Under the pieces are notes generated by a model. That model worked only from the letters and a program-made list of their open reading frames with translations. It was not told where the DNA came from and did no database searches. Position numbers and translations under genes: made by a program. From a virus (Duplodnaviria; Caudoviricetes), in IMG/VR virus record IMGVR_UViG_3300032282_004842, positions 1 through 53,865 of that record: a DNA stretch of 53,865 nt, one strand, 5' to 3'. This document shows, one piece after another, positions 1-9,152 of the stretch. Position 1 is the stretch's first letter; every line of letters starts with the position of its first letter.

Positions 1-380
1 TCTCTATCAATAACTTTTACAATATAAAATTTACGAGCTCTATATTGACGAGCCAAAACCTTGTCAGCTTCAACTCCTGTCATCATTAGACCTTCATAAA
101 CTTCGTTTAATGGAGAACGTTTACCTTCTTGTTTTGGGTCATAAAGTTTTACCCATTGACCATCCACTTGTAATTCATGGTAGTAAGCCTCTTTAAAAGG
201 AGAACTACCGTCCGTTGTTGGTAGAATCCTGATTCTTTTTTCACCACTTCTAGCACCCTTCGGTAATAGTGTAGTGAAATACTTTTTCATTCTGTCCTCT
301 TGGGATACCTTGTTACTGTTGCCGCCTGCGACTTGTTTGTTTTTCTCGTACTGTGCCAGTACTGATTCAAATGTACTCAT
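1..380 (-). CDS. Single-stranded DNA-binding protein, T4 gp32-like (partial, runs off window start)
   Basis: Manual translation from ATG at 380: MSTFESVLAQYEKNK...GEKRIRILPTTDGSSPFKEAYYHELQVDGQWVKLYDP...RSPLNEV...RKFYIVKVIDR; the IRILP..PF...H and YIVKVIDR pattern is typical of gp32-like SSBs. Confidence 0.75.
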   Translation of the reverse strand, partial: MSTFESVLAQYEKNKQVAGGNSNKVSQEDRMKKYFTTLLPKGARSGEKRIRILPTTDGSSPFKEAYYHELQVDGQWVKLYDPKQEGKRSPLNEVYEGLMMTGVEADKVLARQYRARKFYIVKVIDR

Positions 381-527
381 TTTGTTTAAAATTTAATTGT
401 TTAGAAATATATCTATGTAAAGTATAAATAAAAAAAGTCAGATTACAAAACCTGACTTCATTTTTTTTCAAAATATTTTTTATTTCCCTTAATTTTAAGG
501 ATTAATCTACGATACCTGTTTTGGTTT

Positions 528-1448
528 TTATGGGTGTGCCATCATACAAGTGGTACAACTACCGTAATTTGTTCCAATCGGTGAAATAACTTTATCTATT
601 CCTACGCTCGGTGCTGCTGAATCAACAATTTCATAACATCCTTGTGGTGTTGCTCCATTAAATTGTAAGTAGTAATTTCCACCAACCACAGGTAAATCAT
701 TTATTTGGAATTCTACATTGAATCCAGTGCCCCCAGTACATGGTGCAATTAAATATGATGTCGTTAATACATTTGTTGATGATGGTGTAACAGTATTAGT
801 AGGGGTTAGTGTTTGTGTTGGTGTTTTAGTTGGTGTAATTGTATTTGTTGGTGTTACCGTAGGGGTTAATGTTTTAGTTGGTGTTAAAGTTGGTGTTACC
901 GTAGGGGTTAATGTTTTAGTTGGTGTAATTGTATTTGTTGGTGTTACCGTAGGGGTTAATGTTTTAGTTGGTGTAATTGTATTTGTTGGTGTTTTAGTTG
1001 GTGTAACCGTGTTTGTTGGTGTTAAAGTTGGAGTTAACGTTTTAGTTGGTGTTAAAGTTGGTGTTACCGTAGGGGTTAATGTTTTAGTTGGTGTAATTGT
1101 ATTTGTTGGTGTAATAGTATTAGTAGGGGTATTAGTAGGGGTTAGTGTCGGTGTTGGTGTTTTAGTCGGAGTAACCGTGTTTGTTGGTGTTAAAGTTGGG
1201 GTTGGTGTTGGTTCTAATCCTCCCCAATTAATAAAGTAATCGTAGTTGCTACCTGAGAAGTTGTTTCTCTTTCCAACAACAAAACCATAACCTCTCAAAG
1301 TTGTTGCCATTTCATCGTCTATGTATTGTGATGAAACATAGACATAAAACAAACCTTGTTGAGTTGCTCCAGTAATTAATTGCTCAATATATGTTAATGA
1401 ACTTCTTGATGCGGTCGTTCCGCTAAGTGCTTGGTCTTTTGTTATCAT
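528..1448 (-). CDS. Thr/Pro-repeat (mucin-like) putative virion protein with small Cys-containing C-terminal domain
   Basis: About 145 aa of TPTxTx repeats between short N- and C-terminal domains. Confidence 0.7.
   Translation of the reverse strand: MITKDQALSGTTASRSSLTYIEQLITGATQQGLFYVYVSSQYIDDEMATTLRGYGFVVGKRNNFSGSNYDYFINWGGLEPTPTPTLTPTNTVTPTKTPTPTLTPTNTPTNTITPTNTITPTKTLTPTVTPTLTPTKTLTPTLTPTNTVTPTKTPTNTITPTKTLTPTVTPTNTITPTKTLTPTVTPTLTPTKTLTPTVTPTNTITPTKTPTQTLTPTNTVTPSSTNVLTTSYLIAPCTGGTGFNVEFQINDLPVVGGNYYLQFNGATPQGCYEIVDSAAPSVGIDKVISPIGTNYGSCTTCMMAHP
785..1212 (-). repeat. Coding tandem repeat ([16 protein letters not shown] units, 12-18 nt)
   Basis: Recurring ggtgttaccgtaggggttaatgttttagtt and ggtgtaattgtatttgtt units. 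Confidence 0.9.
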
Positions 1449-1462
1449 TTCTATTACTTATT

Positions 1463-1837
1463 TTATTCTAATGTTAAAAGATACTTTAATTTTTGGAATA
1501 AACCTAACATTTCATCTCGAATGTTTAGTAAATTCGTATCAACGGGGTCTAACTCATCCGTAAACCCAATAAAAGATTGACATATGGTTTCAACCATTTC
1601 TAACGGTTTTAATTCAGTTAGGTTAAATAATTCAATGGTTTTGGTTTCTTCATCTAATGAGAATCTACCATATTTACCCATTGATTCTTCGACAAAACTA
1701 TCCATCAAATCTTCCAATTCGTCTCTAGTTTGTGCAAATGCGTTATGTCTTGCATAACCTTTTGTTTGCCAATGAAATATCTTCAATTGTACATGAATAC
1801 CTAACAATAGGTTTACTTTAGAATTTAAATTCATCAT
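1463..1837 (-). CDS. Ferritin-like/Dps-like four-helix protein
   Basis: QLKIFHWQTKGYARHNAF...LMDSFVEESMGKYGR...LLNIRDEML...KYLLTL; HW-x7-H and D-x3-E ligand pattern. Confidence 0.75.
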   Translation of the reverse strand: MMNLNSKVNLLLGIHVQLKIFHWQTKGYARHNAFAQTRDELEDLMDSFVEESMGKYGRFSLDEETKTIELFNLTELKPLEMVETICQSFIGFTDELDPVDTNLLNIRDEMLGLFQKLKYLLTLE

Positions 1838-2453
1838 ATTCTTGTTCTTCAGGGTTAAAGCTATTTTTTATCATATCTTTTGAATAATCATCGACATCTT
1901 GTTTTGTTAAGATATAATCATTTTTACCTGATACTTTCATTTCACCTTGTTTTTGACTAAAAAACTCTTGTGGGTTTTGATTAAATGGATATGAATCCAA
2001 AGAACGTAATTCAAGTTTTTCTTCTGGTGTTTTTTCTTTCATTGAATCGATTTTTGTACCAAGTTGGTCAATTCTATCAATAACAGAATCCATTTGAGAT
2101 AATTTTTGTTCTAAATCTGTTAATTTAGTAAACACACTATCCATTTTTTCCGTAACACCTAAATGTTCAGATTTACTATCGTCAACATCTTTTTTAATCG
2201 ATTTAGTCATATTAACTAAATCTGTGATATCAATTTCTTCAGTATTATCTTCCATGGGTGCTCCCATATCAGCTGGAGGTGCTCCAGCATCTGCCGGTGG
2301 TGGTAATTCAGCCGGAGGTGCTCCAGCATCTGCCGGTGGCGGTAATTCAGCATCCATTGGTGCATCTTGTTCGTTCAAAAGATTTTTCGCATATTTATTA
2401 ATTGCTCTAAATCTTGATACTTCTTCTAATAATTTCTTTTCTATTTGGTTCAT
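1818..2453 (-). CDS. Hypothetical acidic/Pro-rich coiled-coil protein (possible head scaffold/internal protein)
   Basis: N-terminal LLEEVSRF..LLNEQ tag, duplicated AELPPPADAGAPP, coiled-coil heptads. Confidence 0.55.
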   Translation of the reverse strand: MNQIEKKLLEEVSRFRAINKYAKNLLNEQDAPMDAELPPPADAGAPPAELPPPADAGAPPADMGAPMEDNTEEIDITDLVNMTKSIKKDVDDSKSEHLGVTEKMDSVFTKLTDLEQKLSQMDSVIDRIDQLGTKIDSMKEKTPEEKLELRSLDSYPFNQNPQEFFSQKQGEMKVSGKNDYILTKQDVDDYSKDMIKNSFNPEEQEYDEFKF

Positions 2454-2457
2454 GATA

Positions 2458-2664
2458 TTAATCTTGTAATAGTTGTCTACCGTCTTCGGTGATAACTTTT
2501 TTATTTATTCTTTCTACAATACCGTCTTTTGACCTGATAATATAACATTCCCCAGTTTGGATGTCACATTCTTGTCTTTCCATTCCATCACTTGAAATGG
2601 TTTGTACATTTTTTGGTTTTGAATAATAGTCATTTAAACTATTATTGATTTTATCCTTATTCAT
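2458..2664 (-). CDS. Hypothetical protein (68 aa)
   Basis: ORF in operon context, with a TATTTATA motif 12 nt upstream. Confidence 0.65.
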   Translation of the reverse strand: MNKDKINNSLNDYYSKPKNVQTISSDGMERQECDIQTGECYIIRSKDGIVERINKKVITEDGRQLLQD

Positions 2665-2710
2665 AGTATTTTATTCTATAAATATCTAATAAAGTGAAAA
2701 ACTCCATAAT

Positions 2711-5700
2711 TTACTTAATTCTAAAGTAAATAACCTGATTAGGATATAAACCTAACTCTGTCATTAAAGATGCTGACATCGACATACCGTATTTGTTTGA
2801 TTTCGGACCATTACTTATAGGACCTTGAGTTACCATTGTACCGGTAAAGGTATAACTTGGATTTAACGTATAAACTTTAGAATTTTTAACATTTGGATTT
2901 ATAAACTCGGTAACACCTCCTCTAATATTTTCAGCTCTCACAACATTTAAATCAAAATGGGTACTATAGAATTTATTTTTTTGATTAATCTCAGACCATT
3001 TTAAACCATTTGCAATGTTCATTGTTGTATCACCATCCAATAAATTATCATCTCCACCAGCTTTAACGACTAATGTTCTTAACCATGTACTGCTACCTTC
3101 ATGAACAAATGATGGATTATCAATTTTTTGAATTAATTTTTCATCATTAAATCCGTTATACGGTATTCCAAATTGTGTCATTCCAACTACAGTATTTGAA
3201 TTACTACCTTTTGTTATATTTTCATTGTTAATATTAATTCCACCCCTATTAGCGGTATAGGTTATATTGTTTTCTCCTGTTACCACTTCTTCATTTGTTG
3301 CATCCGGTTTTTTGTCTTGTTTTAAAACAGCGAGAGCTCTTGACATTAATTTATCAAATAAAACCCTGTAACTTGAAACAAAGGAGTCGGTTGGGTCAGG
3401 TAAAGACGTATATGGAATTCTTGTGCCGGTAAATTTCGTACTAATTGTATTTCCTCCAATATCGTGACTAACTTGGGTTATCCAATATGAACCTCTAAAC
3501 ATTGGAATATTTTTTAAGTAGAAAAACATAGTTGGTTGTATCATCACGTTACCCATACATGTAACGGTACATTCATAGGACGCTTGTTTATAGTAATCAA
3601 ACAAACCAACGTCAACATTATATCCAGCAGCTCCGGATTCTGACCTAGCTAAATTTTCTAATACAACAAAAGATTCTGATGTATTTTTTAATGTGGCTTG
3701 GTCTAATGAAACTCCTTTAAATATACCTTGATTTTGGTCACCAAAACTAACTTCAAATGCAACTACCTTATTAACTTTACTTAAATCATTTGTTCCAAAA
3801 CCTTCTAATGTTGTAACAACCAATGGATTATTATTTACAGAACCAATAAAGAAACTATCATCGGAAAATCTATAGGTTTTATTTTCCATATCGGCCAAGT
3901 GTTTCGATGATTGACCTACCAATTGTATTATAATTTTTGGTGAGGACTCTTGGTAATCAACTTCTAAGAATGTTCCAAATAAATTTTTTGCAACTTTTTT
4001 AGATGGTGTCATTCTACTTTTGTTGTTTACATTTGTTCCGTAAAAATTAACATACGCAGGTAATGCTCTCATATCTAATCCGGTATCCTGAATTAACATT
4101 GAGATTGCACTATATAAATTACTATTTTGGTTTCGAGGGTCTAAAAGAGGTAAAATCTTATCAATATTTAAATAAAATTTATCACCGATATCTCTATTTG
4201 CTTTATCTAAAAATAAAAATTCTTCCAATAATAATCTTTGACCAATTGAGTTACCTGAAGTCCACTTATCATTAAATGATTTGAATGTATTATATTGTTC
4301 TAATTTTGTTTGACTGGTATTGTAACCTTGGGAAATTTTTATTAATTTACTTTCACCTTGTTTTGTTATTCCATCTCTCTTACTTATTTCTGCCAATAAT
4401 GTTTTTAAATAAATTTGCAATCTTTCATCGGCACCAACGGTACCATTTGTGGCGGGCGATTTTAAAATTTTATCTTTAATATGATTACTAAATCCAACTT
4501 TAGTGTTTAATCCTCCATTTTTTACATAACCAGCATAAATTAAAACTAATGGTCTATATCTTAAAATATTATCTTCAGTTAATCTAACATCATTTGTAGG
4601 AAAGAAACTAAAATAGTATACATCAATATCTTCACCAATATATAATTTTATAAGATTTTGATTTGTAACGGTATTGTCCGATGGATAATATGGTTCAACG
4701 GAATAACTTGTCAACAAATCATCAGCATCATTTGCCATACCATAAAAAGTATACGCATCTATTTCTTTTGGATTTGATGAGGTGAATCTAATTATGTTAC
4801 TACTATCTAAAATAGATTGGGTTATTTTTTTTGCCCCATCTTCTTGTCTTGTTTTTAAATTATTAATTAGTTCTTCAATACCTATATTATCATCACCTGA
4901 TTGTTTTGTAACAACAGATAAATCTTTTAAAATATATTGAAACTTATCATAAGGAACATTTCTAAATAATTGTTGTGGTCTCTCATCATTTGATTTTTCA
5001 GATGCAAAATCTAAAAACATAGATTCAAAACTATCTAAAATTTTTGGACTAAAAGTTCCAATTAAATCAATAACTTTTCTGTAATTTGTATCAAAAGAAA
5101 ATTTATCATCGTTATCATTATTTGTCAAATCTATACTTCTTGGATATTGAGAATACGATGCAAATGTTTTACCTGAAAATGTATCACCTATTATGTCGTC
5201 ATTAGACCAAATAGTTCTAAAATTATTTTGTTCAGCATTATTAAATGATTCTGATGAATTATTTTTACCATACCCATTAGAAGGTAATAACGTATATGTT
5301 AAATCGGTTGAAGTATATTTTGAATTATCGGCAATAACTGACCAATAATTAATATTATTCGATGATGTATTCTTTGTATGTAAAATATATCCGGAATTAG
5401 TTCTTGAATTGTATGATGTGTTACCCGATATTATATCATATGTTACATAACCTTTCACAATTTGGTTATACAATGATTGATACGTTGGGTTAAGACCAAC
5501 ATTTGTGTTACCTGAATGAACAACACTAACGGTTGTTCCTGTTGTTGTGTTCTCTCTTGGTGTGACACTAAATGTAGTTAGATTATTATCAACCCCTGTA
5601 ACTGTCGCCCCCGATAATGGTGTTATTGGTGTTGATGATACAATAAATTTTGTACTTCCGGAAATACTCGTTACTGTCGTATTCGAAGCAAAAGAACCTG

Positions 5701-8700
5701 TACCTGAAGTGACCGTCACAACCATACCAACGATTAGTCCGGTTGTTGATGGTACGGTTACGGTTGTTCCTGTACTTGTGGCGCCAGATGCCGATAGGTA
5801 TGTTGAGTTTGTTTGATTTAAATTAAAAAATAAACCTCCATTTATCGGTTGTGTAATATTACTTGAATTTAAAAATCCATCAAGAATATCAACACCATCC
5901 AATATTTTTTTCTTATATCTGTGGTATATTGAACCCCATTTTAATAATAAATGGTAAGGAACAAAATGTGTTGATGATATTTCTCTAAAGAGAGATGACA
6001 TTAAAATGGTCTTACCGTCAAATGTAATATTATCATCCAAATTTAAAAATGGCAATGAATTTAAAAGTAGGTAAGCCGAGCCGGCGTATCTTCCGTACTG
6101 TTCATCTTTGTTAAAATCAGAATATAATTGTTTGTGGAAATAAGGTGTATTTAAAATACTAACTTTTGTTGTACTATCTTTATTATTTATTTTATTTGAA
6201 AATATATTATCTTTGTATCCACTTTGAACCCATGATTTTGGATTTGATGGTGTCACAATAAATCCTATTGTTGAGTCAACATGAAATATTCCAGTATTTG
6301 ATGTTCCTTTATATTTTAAATCATCAATAGTAAATGTTGAGCCGGTAACTTTAGGGGTTGCCGTACTGTTCTTTTTTAAATAACCTAAATAGGTATTTGA
6401 GTTAAAGGGGTAAATATTTGGTCTATATTTTTCAGGTTCGTAATTTTTTAGAATATTATTTATTTCATCTTCCGAATCTATAGATTTTTTAGTACCTAAT
6501 TTTTCATTATTTTCAAATTTAAAAGGAGCCTCAACAACATCCGTGATATATCCTGTTGTTGGTATGTGGCTTCTAAAATAATTAAATCTCTCATATGGAG
6601 ATAATGATGGTAAAAGACCATTAAATAATATTTTTTCTTCTGGAGTTGTTGTTCCATTTGGAATTACTGAGGTTTTAGTCCCATTAATTAAACTTGATTT
6701 ACTCGTAATTTTTTTAACTAAATCAATTAAATCAGTATCATCCTTGATTATAGTTTCAATGTTTCTTTTTTCTTCTTTTGCTAATAGATTTAAAAGGTCA
6801 GTATTAAAAGAATCAAATAAAGTTAGATATTTTGCTCTTTCATATATTTCATAAACAAAAGATGCGTTTGTTTTATCTGTATACGGCACAACATCAGTAA
6901 TAATATCCACACCAGAAATATCGTTTATTGTTGAGTAATCAATATCAGATTCAAACAAATATTCAATATCGCTAACTGTGGGTTCTTTTTTAACATTGGT
7001 ATCTATTCTACCTGTTACAATTTTCATAAACTCCTCAACAAATTCAACTTCGGGCCATAAAACTTTACTATTTGATTTTAATTTTTCTATAAGTTCCGGT
7101 TCGGCCGGATATGCAACAACATTCTGTTTACCCATTGATACGGGTTTTCTAACTTCAGGCCACGGAAATATAGCGTCACCTTTATTTTCTTTACTTAGAC
7201 TACCTATAATTTTTGCCCTATCTTTTGAGGAATCAAATGACCTACTATGAACATCTTTCATTAGTCTAATATAGACCTCAGCATTCGCTAAAAGTATCGC
7301 AAAAATATTTCTTATTGTGGGTTCAAATCCAAACCCTTGCTTTGGGTCTTTGATGATAATATTCATTTGTTTTTCAACATCATCCTCAAGAATGTTTCTT
7401 TGTTCTTCAAATGTTTTGATTACCTCATGTATATCAGAAATTAAATTATCAATACCAACCAATATAAAACCTTTCTCAATGATTTTATAATAATCGGATA
7501 TTCCCTTAATTTTCTTTAATGTGACTTTTTTAAAATCAGCTCTAACCTTACTTCTATCTATTGCTGGCTTATTATTATCTTTCTTTATGTCATTTATTAA
7601 TAATGCGGAACTATTTAATTTTGTAGTATACAAATCAAGTAAATGTTCCAACGTACCATTTGAATCTTTACCCAATAATATTTTTGTATCATCTTTTTTA
7701 TTACCGGAATAATAATACCAATTTTCATATATTACCTCACCATTAACGGTTTTTGGGTTTTTAGGGAGAAAATCCGTATTTGATAGGTTTTGTTTTGACC
7801 AAGATTTAATTGAAATTTCAAAATCTTTAAGGGTTTCACCAACTTCTTTTATTCCTTGAAACACCTTCATGTCAACAACACCATTAAAAATTTGTTTTTC
7901 TAAAATCTTATCTAAAGATTCTGCAATATATCCAATGTCTTTTAATGTTTTAACCGGTTCATTACCTTTTATAAATGTACCTTTTGGTACCAATCCTCTA
8001 CTTTCATATTGTTCGTATATGGATTTCAATATTGCATATCCTCTAGAACTTCTATTAATATTTTTAGTGTACCTTCCTTTTGATTCGTTCCATTTTTTGT
8101 CTTCCGCTTTTTCTACCAAATACATGTATGGACAATTGACAATTGCAGATAATGGAATATCATTTAAATACGCAAAGGTAGAACCAACAAATGTAGTTGT
8201 TACCTCAAAATTACCATTAGATTCATTAAACTTAGATGAAAATTTTGTCATATGTAAACGATATCTAATCGCTTTACCATAATATCCTTTTACTGTTAAA
8301 TAAAATATTGGCCATGGAAGATGAAAAAACGCTTTATATGGTGAATCTTTTGCCGATTCAAATAATGTTTTACCCCTCACATCAACAAAGTTTACTGTGA
8401 CTTGAGGGACAAAATTTGCACCTTTTACTGATATTGAAATAGAATCAATACCGAAACTTTGTCCTGAGTCATCTATAAATTGATTGGGGTCAAAATCTTT
8501 GGTAGCACCTTTTGCGTCTTTAGGTTGAGATGGGTTATAAGATTCAGTCCATGATGTGTTATAATTACCGTCTCCCGTTTGATTTTTTAAAAAATTAAAG
8601 TTTCCTTTTGCAATACTAAGAAGTGTATTTCCTTGTCCACCATCGGCAATAAGAGTTGTTCTAGGAACTAAATCTGCTTCCAAGTTAACGAACATTACCA

Positions 8701-8839
8701 AATTTTCCTGTTTTAAACCTCTTGGTTGAATAATTCCATCATTATCAACAACACTATTTGGGTCAACGTATATTAGGTTATTATGGTCTACTTTTACAAG
8801 TATGTTCTCACTATTTGATAAATCTTTATTGTTCTCCAT
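2711..8839 (-). CDS. Very large baseplate hub-like structural protein (2042 aa)
   Basis: Follows the wedge-like gene in the tail operon; N-terminal FGIDSISI..VTVNFVDVRG and C-terminal CTVTCMGNVMIQPTMFFYL..GSYWITQVSHDI resemble gp27/gpD-type hub elements. Confidence 0.55.
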   Translation of the reverse strand: MENNKDLSNSENILVKVDHNNLIYVDPNSVVDNDGIIQPRGLKQENLVMFVNLEADLVPRTTLIADGGQGNTLLSIAKGNFNFLKNQTGDGNYNTSWTESYNPSQPKDAKGATKDFDPNQFIDDSGQSFGIDSISISVKGANFVPQVTVNFVDVRGKTLFESAKDSPYKAFFHLPWPIFYLTVKGYYGKAIRYRLHMTKFSSKFNESNGNFEVTTTFVGSTFAYLNDIPLSAIVNCPYMYLVEKAEDKKWNESKGRYTKNINRSSRGYAILKSIYEQYESRGLVPKGTFIKGNEPVKTLKDIGYIAESLDKILEKQIFNGVVDMKVFQGIKEVGETLKDFEISIKSWSKQNLSNTDFLPKNPKTVNGEVIYENWYYYSGNKKDDTKILLGKDSNGTLEHLLDLYTTKLNSSALLINDIKKDNNKPAIDRSKVRADFKKVTLKKIKGISDYYKIIEKGFILVGIDNLISDIHEVIKTFEEQRNILEDDVEKQMNIIIKDPKQGFGFEPTIRNIFAILLANAEVYIRLMKDVHSRSFDSSKDRAKIIGSLSKENKGDAIFPWPEVRKPVSMGKQNVVAYPAEPELIEKLKSNSKVLWPEVEFVEEFMKIVTGRIDTNVKKEPTVSDIEYLFESDIDYSTINDISGVDIITDVVPYTDKTNASFVYEIYERAKYLTLFDSFNTDLLNLLAKEEKRNIETIIKDDTDLIDLVKKITSKSSLINGTKTSVIPNGTTTPEEKILFNGLLPSLSPYERFNYFRSHIPTTGYITDVVEAPFKFENNEKLGTKKSIDSEDEINNILKNYEPEKYRPNIYPFNSNTYLGYLKKNSTATPKVTGSTFTIDDLKYKGTSNTGIFHVDSTIGFIVTPSNPKSWVQSGYKDNIFSNKINNKDSTTKVSILNTPYFHKQLYSDFNKDEQYGRYAGSAYLLLNSLPFLNLDDNITFDGKTILMSSLFREISSTHFVPYHLLLKWGSIYHRYKKKILDGVDILDGFLNSSNITQPINGGLFFNLNQTNSTYLSASGATSTGTTVTVPSTTGLIVGMVVTVTSGTGSFASNTTVTSISGSTKFIVSSTPITPLSGATVTGVDNNLTTFSVTPRENTTTGTTVSVVHSGNTNVGLNPTYQSLYNQIVKGYVTYDIISGNTSYNSRTNSGYILHTKNTSSNNINYWSVIADNSKYTSTDLTYTLLPSNGYGKNNSSESFNNAEQNNFRTIWSNDDIIGDTFSGKTFASYSQYPRSIDLTNNDNDDKFSFDTNYRKVIDLIGTFSPKILDSFESMFLDFASEKSNDERPQQLFRNVPYDKFQYILKDLSVVTKQSGDDNIGIEELINNLKTRQEDGAKKITQSILDSSNIIRFTSSNPKEIDAYTFYGMANDADDLLTSYSVEPYYPSDNTVTNQNLIKLYIGEDIDVYYFSFFPTNDVRLTEDNILRYRPLVLIYAGYVKNGGLNTKVGFSNHIKDKILKSPATNGTVGADERLQIYLKTLLAEISKRDGITKQGESKLIKISQGYNTSQTKLEQYNTFKSFNDKWTSGNSIGQRLLLEEFLFLDKANRDIGDKFYLNIDKILPLLDPRNQNSNLYSAISMLIQDTGLDMRALPAYVNFYGTNVNNKSRMTPSKKVAKNLFGTFLEVDYQESSPKIIIQLVGQSSKHLADMENKTYRFSDDSFFIGSVNNNPLVVTTLEGFGTNDLSKVNKVVAFEVSFGDQNQGIFKGVSLDQATLKNTSESFVVLENLARSESGAAGYNVDVGLFDYYKQASYECTVTCMGNVMIQPTMFFYLKNIPMFRGSYWITQVSHDIGGNTISTKFTGTRIPYTSLPDPTDSFVSSYRVLFDKLMSRALAVLKQDKKPDATNEEVVTGENNITYTANRGGININNENITKGSNSNTVVGMTQFGIPYNGFNDEKLIQKIDNPSFVHEGSSTWLRTLVVKAGGDDNLLDGDTTMNIANGLKWSEINQKNKFYSTHFDLNVVRAENIRGGVTEFINPNVKNSKVYTLNPSYTFTGTMVTQGPISNGPKSNKYGMSMSASLMTELGLYPNQVIYFRIK

Positions 8840-9152
8840 AATATAGGTTATACAATTCTACGCTTCTTTTATAATCTTGTAAAGATACAACCAAAGGAAA
8901 AGGTATTCTCATTAAAAAATTATCAGGAATTGTAAACTCAATGCTTCCGGCCTGTGGATTGGCCATTAAAATTAACCAACCAAATATTGGTGAATTATAA
9001 TAATCTTGTGAAAGTTTATCTAACCTATCCTTACCTCTTTTGTAAAAAACATATCTATCAGTTGTTTTAATAGGTATTTCTAATCCAGGAACAATCCTAA
9101 ATTTACCGTCATCTATGAAAAATTGGTATCTATCAAAATATTCTCTACTCAT
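8826..9152 (-). CDS. Baseplate wedge protein, gp53/LysM-like
   Basis: DRLDKLSQDYYNSPIFGWLILMANP...LMRIP motif. Confidence 0.7.
   Translation of the reverse strand: MSREYFDRYQFFIDDGKFRIVPGLEIPIKTTDRYVFYKRGKDRLDKLSQDYYNSPIFGWLILMANPQAGSIEFTIPDNFLMRIPFPLVVSLQDYKRSVELYNLYYGEQ

Noticed and set aside
718-1239. Val/Gly-repeat ORF on + strand (also 33638-34150 and 33065-33262)
   Set aside because: Antisense shadows of Thr-Pro and Gly-rich repeats, which lack stops on the reverse strand
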